This document shows positions 23,952 through 37,649 of a stretch of DNA of 64,000 bases, piece after piece. Under the pieces are notes generated by a model, which was not told the origin of the DNA, did no database searches, and saw nothing but the letters and a program-made list of their open reading frames with translations. Both the position numbers and the translations under genes were made by a program. Numbering within the stretch: the first letter of the stretch is position 1; every line of letters starts with the position of its first letter. The DNA comes from the human T2T-CHM13v2.0 reference genome, Homo sapiens, in assembly GCA_009914755.4 (NCBI GenBank), contig CP068257.2, positions 42,272,001 to 42,336,000 on the forward strand. The letters are read 5' to 3'.

Positions 23952-25061
23952 GTGAGTGAGGCCGGGGCCCGGGGGCCTGGGCAGTCCTGGGGGCCTTTAC
24001 TGTGTGCTCCCCTCCTCTTCCAGCCCTGGACCGTTCTCTGCATGTCAACAAACCCTGCCTAGCCCTTTGCAGGGGAACTCCTGGGAGGTAGGGAAGCAGG
24101 GGATGGCAGGAACTCATTCTGATCCCTCCTGGGGTCCTTGGGCAGCTCTCCCATCCTTCTGCAAAGGGGTTTTTGTTCAGAACATTCCTGAAGGAGCTGA
24201 GCGGTTTCATACCATCTGGGCGGTGTTTGTAGATGCCTGGCATGTCCTGGGACGGACAAGTGCCTGATGTATGGGCACAGACTCCCACTGCCCCCCAAGG
24301 CAGGTGCTGTAGGATGGCTGATTTACATGGTGATCTGCACCCTGAGCAGAAAATGCGTAGTTACCATCAAAGTGGCGCTGCTCTGTCACACCCATTGCCT
24401 GATGGGCTGGTTTATGGTGATCGCAGGCGATTTCCCAGCTGCCCTTGACCAGAGTCCGTGCCGGCTCTTACTGCAGAAGCCGAGAATCAGCAGGTGTCAC
24501 AGATCACGCTGGCCTAGGATTTCAGAGACTCGGTCCCAACCCCGCTGTGTCTCCGGGCTGGGATTAGATGGGGTGTTTGTGCTCCAGGCCTCCAGTGCTC
24601 ATTGGTAAAACGGGACACTGATGCCGCCTGCTGTTTCTGCAGAGGGTCAAAGGGCACAAGATGCGTGCCAGCCTCTGTCCATGGGGTGTGTGATGATGGT
24701 ACCAGGTGGTGCAGGGGGCAGCTGGGGGGACCCAAAAACCCCAAGTCTGGGTGCCAACTTTATTTTCTAGAGCCGGAGAACGGGGTGATTTCCTAGGAAG
24801 AGACCACAGCTCCCCTGGAGGTTCCACGCTAGATTGTGTTTGTTTTTCTTGGTGCACACTTGGCCAGGAGCTGCTTCTCTCTGATCTGGAAGCTTTCTCT
24901 TCTATAGATCCGATTAATGCACTTCCATTGCTAACAGCGGGGAGGGTCACTGCAGGTGACACAGGCAGGAGGATGCCCAGTCTTCCCCATGACTCAGTTT
25001 ATGTAAAAACGATCAATACTATTTACAAAGAGGTTTACCCAGAGCCAAAAGACAGAATCCT

Positions 25062-25176
25062 AAGGCTGAGGCAGGAGGATCCCTTGAGCTCAGGAGGTCA
25101 AGGCCACAGTGAGCTGTGATTACGCCACTGCACTCCAGCCTGGGCAACAGAGCGAGACCCCATCTCTAAAAAACAA
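25062..25176 (+). mobile_element. Partial Alu (3' ~115 bp of right arm)
   Basis: aaggctgaggcaggaggatcccttgagctcaggaggtcaaggccacagtgagctgtgattacgccactgcactccagcctgggcaacagagcgagacccc. Confidence 0.85.
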
Positions 25177-26260
25177 ACAGAACCTAAGTGTGGAATTTAG
25201 GAGACAAATTAGCTTGGGATTTGGGGCCTCTGAGAGTTTGAGCAAGGGGGTCGGTCATTGGTGAGGGTTCCAAAACCCCAGGAGCAACCGCTCACTCATC
25301 CTCAACCTGGGGCTACCGCGAGTGTGACGGGGGCCATGTATACAGGGCAGGCTGGCCCCAGCGAGCGGGCGACTCTGGCAGCTTCCACGGACCGTTCCTG
25401 GCGCCTGGGCGGAGAAAGGGTATCAAATCATTTCCTGGGATTCGTGGCTGAGCTATGCAGTTTCACAAATGCTCAAAATGATGAAAGACCTATTAGGTGT
25501 TGGGAAAAGAGCGCCTCTGTCTGGGAAGAGTGCCGCATTGCGCCTGAGCAGCTGCTCGTAATTGGCTTATGCCAAGCCTCTCAGCTTCAGCCTGCTGACC
25601 AGGTGGCAGGGGACTGGCTGTGCCACCTCCTCACCCACAGCGTTTCCAAGGATGTGCATTTCTCCTTTGCCCTCAGGTCTTCAGTAAGTTAGCTGTGGAA
25701 TTCGAGGCCTCAAGTGGTGGCCTGCGCCGTGGCAGCGTACCCACAGGTGCCATTTAGTGGCACTTGCAGTACGACCTGGGAGCTTCCGGAACCTGTGGGC
25801 TTGTGAGGTCCCTGTTGATCCTGTTTGACCTGGAGGGCCACAGAGGCGGCTTGGTTTTTTTGTGGGGACAGAGACGTTGAGCGTCACGGTGGGTGCTAGG
25901 CCTGTAATAGGAGCGATTCTGCATTGATGGCACCACGGGTCCAGGGAGGCCTCGCCAGCTCCCTCCCAGAGCAGGAAGGCGGGCTGGCCACTCACCAGGA
26001 GCCTGGGAGTCTGGCGTCCTTCACGAGGCGCTCCTGAAGCACCTCTGCCTACCCTGCATTCGCCACACGTGCCCAGGTACCTGGCGACGGACAGCAGGGA
26101 GCCCACAATGCCAGCTCTTCCTGGAGACGCCCGCCCCTGCGGTGGCCACTGGTGTTCAGTATGTGACTCTCTGAGCGTGGGGTTCTAGACCAGGAACCCT
26201 CTGTGCTCGGTCCACATGAAAAGAGCAGCTTCTCGTTCATCTTCAGAGACCTGTTCTTAA

Positions 26261-26995
<735 letters not shown>

Positions 26996-29831
26996 GACAT
27001 CATTTTCTACTTGTAAACCAGAAACCTCCTTCCTCCCTCCTGCCGTCCCATAGGATTTTATCGATCACCTACTGTATACCAGGCACTGGCTAAGCCCTGC
27101 ACGCACAGTGGTGAGCAGGCAGTCCTCACCCTCCTGGGGCTCGATTTCCCAGAACCCTCAAGAGAAAGCCAGTCCTCAGGGGTCAGCAAGTTCCACATTC
27201 AGCTTCAGCTTTCGGCCATTCCTGCCGCCAGGCCACGCTGAGAGTCTGCCGGGGCACCTCTGTTCCCTGCGCCTGGCCTGCCAGGCCTCAGCCGCCACGG
27301 CCTGTGTCACGGAGGAAGGGGGCTGCAGCTGCACCCCCGGGAGGGGAGGTTGGAGTCGGGGTGGGGCGGGCCGCGTGCTGTTGGTGTAGGGTGGGCGATG
27401 GCAGTAGTGGCAGCTTATTACCACATCAGGAGAGGCCGGAGCGTTTTCAGCAAGGTCAGAAGCCTGCGCTGTGTTTAAAATCAGGGCGAGAGGGAGACAG
27501 GGAGGGAACGTTCCGCCGCCTAAACCACTTTCCCGCCGCATCTTTCACCTGGAGTGGAGGGGCAAGTGCCTGGGCCCAGTGGTGGCAGCTTCGGGAGGGT
27601 TCCATGAGGCTGCCTCGGGAAGCAAGGGTCCCGGCAGAGCTGGGTGTTCTCCTGGGCCCCCTCAGGACAGCAGCATCCACTTCAGGCGCCGCCTCTCTAA
27701 GGAGCCACACCTCCCTCTCGGGCCAAGTATGGAAACGAGCCACAGCACCACGTGTGCTAGGGCCCCAGCATTTCACCCACGTGGCAGAATCTGTGCCCCA
27801 AATGTCACAGCCCCTCCCCACCTCGGAAATGCAGGCTGAGTGGAGGCCCCGGCCCTCGCCACTCTGGAGCGATGGCTATTTCAGGCTCCAGGAGGCCGCT
27901 GAGTGGTTCCCGGGCTGGCCCTGCATTGCGGCTGGGCAGGGGCCACACGTCCCTCCCCCGTGGGCCCTGGGTGCCTGGAATCTGGAGCAGAGAGAGAGAG
28001 GGAAGGTAACAGCGTGGCCTGTACATCCCTGCCTGCAGGCGCTGGCCTTGCTGTCCCTGGGTGCTGCCTGTGTACTCCAGGGCACTCTCTTTCCTGGAGA
28101 GGAGGCCGCGGGAGTCATCGCGGGGCAGATCCTGGAGGCCAGCAAGGCCGCCCCTCCTCCTAAGTGGCACTGATTGACAGGGGAGAAAGACAGAGGCTTG
28201 TTCCCCAGAAAAGCACAGAAAACCAGCCTTGTTCCTCAGACAGGAGATGCATGTGCCGGGAGGCAGGCAGGGGGACGGCTGTGCTCGGCCTCTGTGCAGT
28301 GGGATTATTAGGGACAAATTCCAGAACAAAACTTGGGTTTCATCTAAGCTTTTTGGGGATTTGGGGAAAGCAGAAGAAAAGAGGGAGCCCAGGAGGAGGT
28401 CAATACACCGTGCCAGGAAATGAGGAAAAGCTCAGATGTGCAGTGTCAGCGCTTTTCCATGAATCACCTCTTACCTCTAGAACAGCAAGTGCGGGAGGTG
28501 TCCAGGTGCGGGGGGGCCACGTGCCCTCAGGGGCTTCCCTCCCCAGCCCGCCTGGAGACATCATCACTGACTCAGCTCCGGCAGGCAAGGGTCCCTCGGG
28601 GTCTACCACTGGGATTGACGCCAGCAAGTCGGACCCTTTCTCAGAAGCCCAGAGGGAGGGCAGAGCCGTAGCCACAGTTTGGAGGCATCTGCTGGGCTAG
28701 TGCATGTTTTAACAGCACCTATGACAAGGTGAGGCAGCATGGGTGGCCCTGCAGGTGGCGGTTTGCATATGTGCACATCCAGCCAGCTCCGTTTTCCAGT
28801 CTGGGGACTATGGTGACAGGAAGTAAAAAGCCTGCGATTTGGCCTACGGGGTCCCAGGGTCATCCCGGGGTCGCACCTTGGCTACCAGGCTTGAGGGTTC
28901 TGTGTGCGATTTCAGGAGAGACACACAGCCCATCGCACACCTGACAGCTGTCACCCTAAAGAAAATTCGGCTGAACTGTGCACATTCGGGAGCATTTTCA
29001 TTCACATTACACATTTCATTTCACTTCACGTTTTATTGGTTTGAGTAATGGTTTAGAAACTATCTTTTACTTCAAAATGTTTGTGCATCTGAGATTTTCT
29101 GACTTTATATCTGGACAGGGCGCCGTAATGGTAGACGATGGCCGAGGTTCAGGGAACCCTGTTTCTGTGGTTCAGGACAGGTCCAGCCTTTCTGAGCCCT
29201 GTCCCCGCAGAGAGCCCCCTTTCCAGGCACCCGTGTCTTGGGTCGCCGCTGGCCCTGTGAGGTGACACTCTGCAGCTCTTGCACTGTCCAGGCCAAGGGT
29301 GGCTGTTCTGAAACCTACTCGGTTTATTCCATCTTGAATCAATGCATTTTTTCAAGTCCGTGCCTCAGGGTGCCTGTAGAATGACAGATGTGGCATTTCA
29401 ATCGGTAAATAATGAGTACACCTTTAAGGTCCAGGCACTCTTTGTTTAGAACATTGTGGAATGCCTACATCATCTCATGCTTGCACAGGAGCGTGGCTTT
29501 GTCAGAACTCATCCCCAGGCAGCCCTGTGGGCACCTGGTGGGGGCTGGACAGGGGTCACGAGGAGAAGCCAGCAGGAGGGTGGTGGGCCCTCCACCTTGT
29601 CCCCGCAGGACTCCCCTCTCTGCCCAGACACACTCAGCCTCCACCAGGACTCAGGGGTTCCAGCCAAGCTCCTCTTACCAACGATGCCCCGTGACTGCCC
29701 CAGGGACGGGAGGGCTCAATGCCATTCCCCTGCAGGCCCTGTCTCTCCCCAGCTTCCAGTTGGTTGTCCTGCAGCCTCAGGTCTCTGATGGGATGAAGCA
29801 AAGTCGAGAACTTACGGTTTGTCTGGCTTTA

Positions 29832-30359
<528 letters not shown>

Positions 30360-31299
30360 TTAGCTGTGACTGTTTTATGTGTGCATGCATGTATGTGTGT
30401 GTGTGTACATGGGCGTGTGTGTGTTTTGGAGTGTGGTCCCCACAAATCTGCCACCCTTGGAGAATGCTCTTCTGCCCTGGTGCATGGCTGTGCCCTAGCA
30501 TGGGAAGCGCCTGCTGTGTCCTGCAGGCCCGCAGACTTGTCACAGGTCCATTGTGCAGTCATCAGGCCCTGGGAGCTTTCCACATCCCTCCACCTCCCAC
30601 CCAACATCACCACTCTCCGGCCAGTGAGACCATCACAGCACCCCAGAGGAGACAAATTCTGGAGCTCAGAGAGCTGGGGTAGGTGACGGGAGGGTGGGGG
30701 GCTGGAGGTCCTTGGCCAGCAGCCTTCCCATCCTGGGCCACCAGCACCCTCATCCTCCCCTCGTCCTGCCCAGCTCCACCTCCTCCCTGCCCTCTTCCTG
30801 CCAGGGTTTGCAGTTTACACTGGCAGTGATGCAGTGGCAGACACAACTTGGGGAAATAACTCTAGGACCCTGGTCTTTAGTTCCGATTCCCGGTGAGACA
30901 GTACCTGGCGGGGAGCTTCTCGCCCTCTTCAGAAGTGGCCTGGGGGCCCTGGGGCTACTGATCCAGCCCAAAGCTGCAGTCAGGAGAGCGTGCAGCCGTG
31001 TGGGTCTCATAAGAGAGGCCGACCAGGGCTGCCCAAGCGGAGCTTCTGTTTGGCCTCTACCTGCTGGAGTGACGCCCCCGGCATCTCCAGCGAGGCCTGG
31101 AAACGTCGCAGTCTCCTCTTCACTGAGTCCAAAGTCACTTCCATCTCGGGCCCGTCCAGTGTCTGTCGGGGCCTTGATTCTGAGATGAGATTGTTTGCTG
31201 AAATGCTCCATGGACTCTTTCAGGAGTGACGTTGTTCTTTCAGGAACTGTAAACGGAGGTGGCATGTAACCAGTGTGGACTAAGAAGCCATGCTGCTGT

Positions 31300-31576
31300 T
31301 TCTTTTCTTTTCTTTTTTTTTTTTTTTGAGACAGAGTTTCAAAAAAAACTGCCTCCCGGGTTCAAATGATTCTCCTGCCTCAGCCTCCTGAGTGGCTGGG
31401 ATTATAGGCGCCTGCCACCACACCCGGCTAATTTTTTGTATTTTTAGTAGAGACGGGGTTTCACCATGTTGGTGAGACCATCACCATGATGGTCTCAAGC
31501 TCCTGACCTCAAGTGATCTGCCCACCTTGGCCTCCCAAAGTGCTGGGATTACAGGCATGAGCCACCGTGCCCAGCC
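31300..31576 (-). mobile_element. Alu SINE (antisense) with internal rearrangement
   Basis: Poly-T, then gagacagagtttcaaaaaaaactgcctcccgggttcaaatgattctcctgcctcagcctcctgagtggctgggattataggcgcctgccaccacacccggc...ggcatgagccaccgtgcccagcc. Confidence 0.88.
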
Positions 31577-32879
31577 TATGCTGGCTGTTTCTCACAAATG
31601 TATATTGAATACGAGCCATTCGCTTAGAAAACATTGATCAAGCATCTGTATTCTATGCCAGGCCCACGTGAGTAAGAGTAATAGCTGTTGATGATGTAAG
31701 CTGTGTTTTTGGCCAAAGGTAACAGAGATAGTGATTTAAACACCGTTACCTCTTGTCTTCCCCGCCTCTTGAAGAGGGCAGCTGCTGGTGTGACCTCAGC
31801 TGCTCCCCAGACCCTAAGGGGATCTGGGACCTTCCACCTTCTACCAACGGTGTTGGTCTTCTGTCCTCACGCCTATGGTTTCACGCTCCCACAGTGGCTC
31901 CTGCACCTTCAGACACTGCCTCCTCACCGAGGGAGGGAAGAACGACAAAGGTGATGACCAGAGGTATTTGTTTCTTGTCTTAGGAAAGCAAAAGCCTCCC
32001 TTAAAGCCCCCGCAGACTTCTCCCTGGCTGGACCCAGGGCACATGCCCATCCCATCCCTGGATCACTTGCTCAAAGAGGGGATGGGATTACCTTTATGGC
32101 TTAGATCTGGGGCTGGGCTTCCCTCCCATATCCAAGGGTGAGCGCTGCCATAATAGCAGGAGGTTCTGTTACCAGCAAAGGGGGTAGTGGCAGGTAGGTA
32201 ACTCACAGTGACTTGCATGTTGCAAAAGGCAGGGTTCTGTTATCCGGAATTGGAGGAGTGGTTTTAGGTATGTCATATAATTATGCCTTTAAATCCATTG
32301 GTTGAGAAAACAGGCAATGCTAAAAGATTCTCATGAACCTAGCAGCGGTTTTAATTTTGTATTTTATTTATTTTATCAGTATCTAAATACAATAGAAATA
32401 TAAATACAATAGAAATGGAATGGATCATGTGAGATGTGTGTTGTTGACGAACGTGTAGTCAGTGCTTCATGCACATGGGATCCAAGTCCCCAAACAGTGG
32501 CTGCAGATCCACACCCTGCTCCAGGTGCTGAGGTGCCCCAGACAGCTGCTCCTAGTCAGTGAAGCATTGACTCTTTAGTCTCAATTGTTGGTCTGCATGT
32601 CTACTGATAAGCCGGTACTGTGCTATTTTAATTATTGAGGCTTTCTAGATGTTGTAGTGTATTTTAGGGCTATTTTCTTGTTCTTTTTCATGATTTTCCT
32701 GGCTTTTCTTCCCTGTTTAGTTTTCCATATGAACTATAGAATCAGTATGTCTAGTTCTGGGGCTGGGGGGGAGCTTTTGCTATTTTAATTAGGATTCAGT
32801 TATATATTTAGGTTTATGTATCATTTACATATTACTATCTAACAAACCACCTCAAAATGTATCAATTTAAAACAACCAT

Positions 32880-33700
32880 CATGTCGGGGGGCCCTCAATT
32901 CTGTGGGTCAGCAATTTGGGTTGGGCTCAGCAACATGGTTCTTCTGCTGGTTTCCCCTGGGGTCATTGGAGTGGCTGTCGTCAGCTAGAGCTGCCTGGAG
33001 AACCTCAGGTGGAATGGCCCATTTCTGGTCCATTTCTGCTCCATGTGGGACCACCTTCTGTCAGACTAGCCCAAGCCACCACCTCTGATGGCCACAAGGG
33101 TGTAAGGGAGTGGCAACGCTCTAAAGACTGTCTTGGAAGTCCTGTGACACCAATCCCACCACATTCTATTGATGGGGTGAGCCCTGAAGTCAACCTGGGT
33201 TCAAAAGGGTGGGGAGTAGACTCCATGTCTTGGCAGGAGGAGCTGCACGTTACTAAGGGCATGTGTTCAGGGAATGGGTGGTTGCAGCCTGGTCACACGG
33301 GGTTTTTCCATTTGTTCAGCTCTGCTTTTGTATCTTTCAAGATGTTCTGTGGTTTCCTCATAGAGGCTTTATTTCCTCTGAAGCTTTTGTTTAGGTATTT
33401 TCTCTTTCTTATTGCAATCTGCGCTCTCCTTCAAGACACCTTCTGCTTTTGTGTGTTCCTGTGGAGGGGTGGTCTGCTGGGCCCCTCTCCTTGGCTCCTG
33501 AACACACAAGGGGATCATATATCCATATCCTCCCAAGCTGTAAGCACTTGCGCTGGGCTGCAAACTTGCATCCTACTTGCCGTAGAGGACAGCCCTTCCC
33601 CTAAACTTCCAGTTTCCCCCTCTCCCACCTGCCTGAAAGGCACCAGCCAGGCAGTCTTGGAAGCCTCGTGTTGAAGGTGGTGGAGCCCCCAGAGCCTGGG
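32880..33700. mobile_element. Probable ancient LTR/ERV-class interspersed repeat (low confidence)
   Basis: Resembles mammalian-wide LTR consensus segments (tctgtgggtcagcaatttgggttgggctcagc ... ccacattctattgatggggtgagccctgaagtcaacctgggttcaaaagggtgggg). Assigned from memory, no search possible. Confidence 0.3.
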
Positions 33701-35689
33701 CCCAGATGACCATGTGGGACAGAGCTGCCAGTGACCTAGAGCCATTAAGAGAGCAAGAGATAAACTCTGTGATTGTCTTGGTCTCTTCTGACTGATTCGG
33801 AGGCCACTGCAGTCTGCATGTTGTACATTATTCCTGTTAGCATCACTATCAACTCTAGTTCCTGTTGTAGTAGATTTGGATTCTCCTGGGTATTGAGGCT
33901 ACACAATCGTCTGCACAGACTGACAGTTTCACCTCCTCCTGCCAGACTTTTAGTCTCCTGCTAATTCCAAATGCTGATAAGGTTGGGCTGGCAACAATTT
34001 CATATTTTTCAGGCTTATGAAGAGGTAAGGTGGTCTCTGTAAGTGAATTTACCCAAGAACTGAAATTTGCCCTTTAAACCTCAAAATAGGATTGTGTTTG
34101 TTTCATCTAAAATTTTAGTTGAATGCTTAGTAGTATCTTCGCTGCTTACCAGACTTCTCAGATAATGTGGTAACTGTGACGCCGCCCTCTCTCAGCATTC
34201 GGACGAGATCAGCGTGGGCCACAGTCACCGCATTGTGCCCTCATGCGTGATGTCAGAGAGCCTGCAACCGCGCCCCCGCTGCTCAGTGGCCTCCAAGGGG
34301 CCTCAAGTCCTGGGCTCGTTTCTGCCCCAGGTAGTGCTGTCAGCGGCATGCCTGCCTTCTGCAAGCCCCTCTTCCCTGTTCCCCAGCCCGCACTTCCAAT
34401 GAGCTGTGGGCCAGGAAACCAGCCCGTCACACTTGTCCACGCTGCGTTTAAAGCGGGAGGAAGGAGGACCCAATGCAGGGCCCGAAAGGTCCACTGTGAG
34501 TGAAGTCTTTTTCCTTATGGGACACCTAGGCTGGCTTCTCAGAAAGTGTGTGCAGTTTATTTCCGGGTTCTTGGCGGTGTTCTGAATAGTAAACGTTGCC
34601 ACCTAAATGAAGACCCTTTGAGATATCACTGCGTCTCTACTGTTCCTGATGGTGGACTTTCTCCTCCAGCGTCTGCTGACAGTAACAGTGGAGCTTTCCC
34701 CAGCACCCAAGAGCCCGGGGCTCACCGTGGTCCCCTCCTGTGCAGCCAGCACACAAGGCCCTCCCGTGCCACCACCTCGCAGGGGCCAGGTCTGCTCGGC
34801 CCACTACACCAGAGCCCTTGGGTGCGGGGTGGGCGGGACAGAGAAGAGGAAGGGGGGAAGGAGGGAGCTGACAGCCGTTTCTCAGTTCCCCATTATGGAC
34901 TTGGATTTGGATCACTGAAATCCATATGGAACTAAGAAGTTATCTTTATCCCACAACTCAAAACTCCTGTCTAGAGCATCAGAAATGATGTGCTTTTGGC
35001 ATCCTGAAATGTCTTTCTCCTCCGCCAACTGCTGTCTGCTGAGAGCTAGCCTTGCTCTCGGAAGGGCGGCTTGGGCAGGGCAAAGGGAGAATTCCAGGGT
35101 TTGGGAGCATCTGCTGATCCCAGAATAGTTGCCAGTGGTGACATCTTCTTCCTGGACCCCAGGACCCAAGGACAGCAGGTCCCATCCCAGCTCTGCCCAG
35201 CTCCTGCCCCTGCACAGAGCAGGACGCCAGCTGGGGTGGGCACTCTGTGGCGTTTTGGGAAGATAGTGCTATATTTCAGAGGCTGTGCCATCTCCTCTGG
35301 GGGATTTCAGCGCTGGTGACAGAGGCATGAAAGGCTCATGGATAGACAAACTGGTGTTTACCCCTCATAGAAACGAAGTTGCCGTCCTATGTGTGCAGAG
35401 AAAACCAGGGACTCCTCTGTTCAGAAGGAAGAAATGGAGGGGCCTGGTGGGCCTGGCAGCGGTGCGGAGGTGGTGGGCTCGGAACTGTAGTTTCCATTCC
35501 ATAAAAAGGCGTCTTCGGAAAGGTTGGGGATTTTGGCAAAGAAGGGGGGTCTCTGGGGAGACTGCATGTGGGTGAGATCCTCTGCCTGGCCGGTTTTGGA
35601 GGAAGAGGGTCACAGGGACCAGCGACGGGGAGGAGGGTCCACATGCTGCAGCGAAGGACCTGGGGCAGGCAGGGGGTGGGCTGGATGGC

Positions 35690-36040
35690 GGAACACGGGG
35701 ATGGGCCCGTACCTCTCCAGAACTACGGACCTGGGATGAGGCGGCCTGTGAGTGCGATTGGGCTGTGTGACGGCACCAGAGGCGGGGCTGCAGCTGCAGG
35801 CTTTTGTCGTCCTGTGGTCCTGGAGGCTGCAGGTCCAAGGTCAAGGATTCCTTCTGAGGCTTCTCACCCGGGCTCTGACTGCAGGCGGTCTCCCTTTTTC
35901 ATAAGGACACCGGTCAGATGGAATCAGCGCCCACCCTGATGATATCATTTAACTTAATTACTGTGTTAAAGGCCCTGTCTCCAAATAAGGTCACATTTCG
36001 AGGACCTGGGCATTACCTTTGTGGAAGGAACTCAGTTCAC
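35690..36040. mobile_element. Probable ancient LTR (ERVL/MaLR-like) fragment (low confidence)
   Basis: Contains the characteristic segment ccctttttcataaggacaccggtcagatggaatcagcgcccaccctgatgatatcatttaacttaattactgtgttaaaggccctgtctccaaataaggtcacatttcgaggacctggg, which is found in old mammalian LTR consensus sequences. Confidence 0.35.
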
Positions 36041-36232
36041 CCTAACAAAAGGTGGCAGAATTGGGTGTGGGCGTGTGGGGCTGGGCTCTGATTGGCAAGC
36101 AGTGCTCTGGCCCTGCCCAGGCAGAGGCAGCCTCGTGCCTCACCTTTGCTCCCCTGATCTAAGAAGGTGCACACCCCGGTAGCTTGTGCAGGGGCCAGGA
36201 CAAAACCCAAGAAGCAGCCATCACGCCCCAGG

Positions 36233-36345
36233 ACCAAGATGTGCTGGCGCCAGGCTTCCGGGCAACCTAAATCTGTTGTTTAATGAAGACGCGCTGGCAC
36301 CAAGCTTCTGGGCGACCTAAACCTGTTGTTTAATGAAGGGGCTCA
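36233..36345. repeat. Local tandem duplication ~57 bp x2
   Basis: gctggcgccaggcttccgggcaacctaaatctgttgtttaatgaagacgc / gctggcaccaagcttctgggcgacctaaacctgttgtttaatgaagg. Confidence 0.85.
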
Positions 36346-37470
36346 GAAGCAACTCAGTGTCCTCAGTGTCTCGGTGGCATCTGAGCAGCCATGAAAAGGT
36401 GCCATGGGGACTGGAGAGGCCCACTGTCACACCTCCCAGCCCCAGCCCCAGAAATCAGATGGAGCCCCAGAGGTCCCACCCCTGAGGTCCCACCCTGTGT
36501 GGCTCTTCTATCCCAGGCGTTCTCCAAGGTCCCCAGGGTGCTGGGGGCTGCCCAGGCTATCTGCTGCGGTCAGGGTGTCAGTGGTGCCACCATAACCAAG
36601 TGAGGCGAGGTTCCACATCGCCGGCCAAGTGGCTTTATGGGCCTCCAGTGGGATGTGGCAGGAAGTACCCAGCGGCTCTGCCATGCATTCTTGACCAGAA
36701 ATGTTGAACCCGAGTTAATTGTGAGGAAACGGACAAATCCAGGGTGTGGGGCACGCCGCAGAGAGCTGCCTTAGCCGCTTCAACACCATCAGGCCAGAGT
36801 AGGCGGGGAGCGTCTCGGGGAAAGGGGACAGAGAGACGTGCCATCCAAATGCATGTGTGTCCTCCACGGGGCCCTGCATCCCCGCAGCTAGGAAGGTCAT
36901 CTGGGGACAGTTGGTGAAATGGAAACAGGGACGGGATGTTCGGCAGTATTCTGTCGGTATTCATTTCTTGGGTGTGCTCATGGTGTCCTAGTGAGCAGGC
37001 TGTCCTGATTCGTAGGAGATGTGGACGGACATGGAGGGAGTGCCGTGACGTAGCCCAGGAGACCTTTTTAGCTTAAAGCCTGTGCATAAGAAATAGGCAA
37101 GTGAGTTTTAGATGTTCATACATATTTCATTGCAGAATATTAGTTTAGGGTGATCAATAAAAGACTTTCAAGCCTAATGTTAAGCAAAAGAGACTTTTAA
37201 TATATTCCACAATGATAAAATCCTGTGGAAGAAGGGCAGTGGGAATGCAGATTCCAGGAGCAAGTGGAACGAAGCCAGCTGTCCAGAAGAGCTTTTTTTG
37301 TGGGGTTTGAAAACAGGTGCCAATGGTGGCTGTCAAATCATGATGGCATTTAGGTTCTACTAGCTACATTGGAGAGAAAGAAAAACACTATGCTTTACAG
37401 AGTCAAAATCTACAATATGCCAGACTTTACACCCCTTGCATATTTAAACTTGGGCTTAAAAATGTAGAAG

Positions 37471-37649
37471 CTGGCTGGTTGCAGTGGCTCATGCCTGTAA
37501 TCCCAGCACTCTGGGAGGCTGAAGCCAGAGAATCACTTGAGCCTAGGAGATCAAGGCTGTGTGAGCCATGATGGCATCGCTGCCCTCCAGCCTGGGTGAC
37601 AGAGTGATATTCTGTCTCTATAAATAAATAGATGAAAAATAAAAAATAA
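37471..37649 (+). mobile_element. Short Alu-derived element (left-arm 5' end fused to right-arm 3' end, ~180 bp) with TSD aaaaatgtaga
   Basis: ggctggttgcagtggctcatgcctgtaatcccagcactctgggaggctgaagccagagaatcacttgagcctaggagatcaaggctgtgtgagccatgatggcatcgctgccctccagcctgggtgacagag plus an A-rich tail. aaaaatgtaga is on both flanks. Confidence 0.82.

Noticed and set aside
27304-28329. 289-aa plus-strand ORF and 174-aa minus-strand ORF
   Set aside because: These are GC-rich chance ORFs with biased composition, no homology recognisable by eye, and no supporting splice signals.
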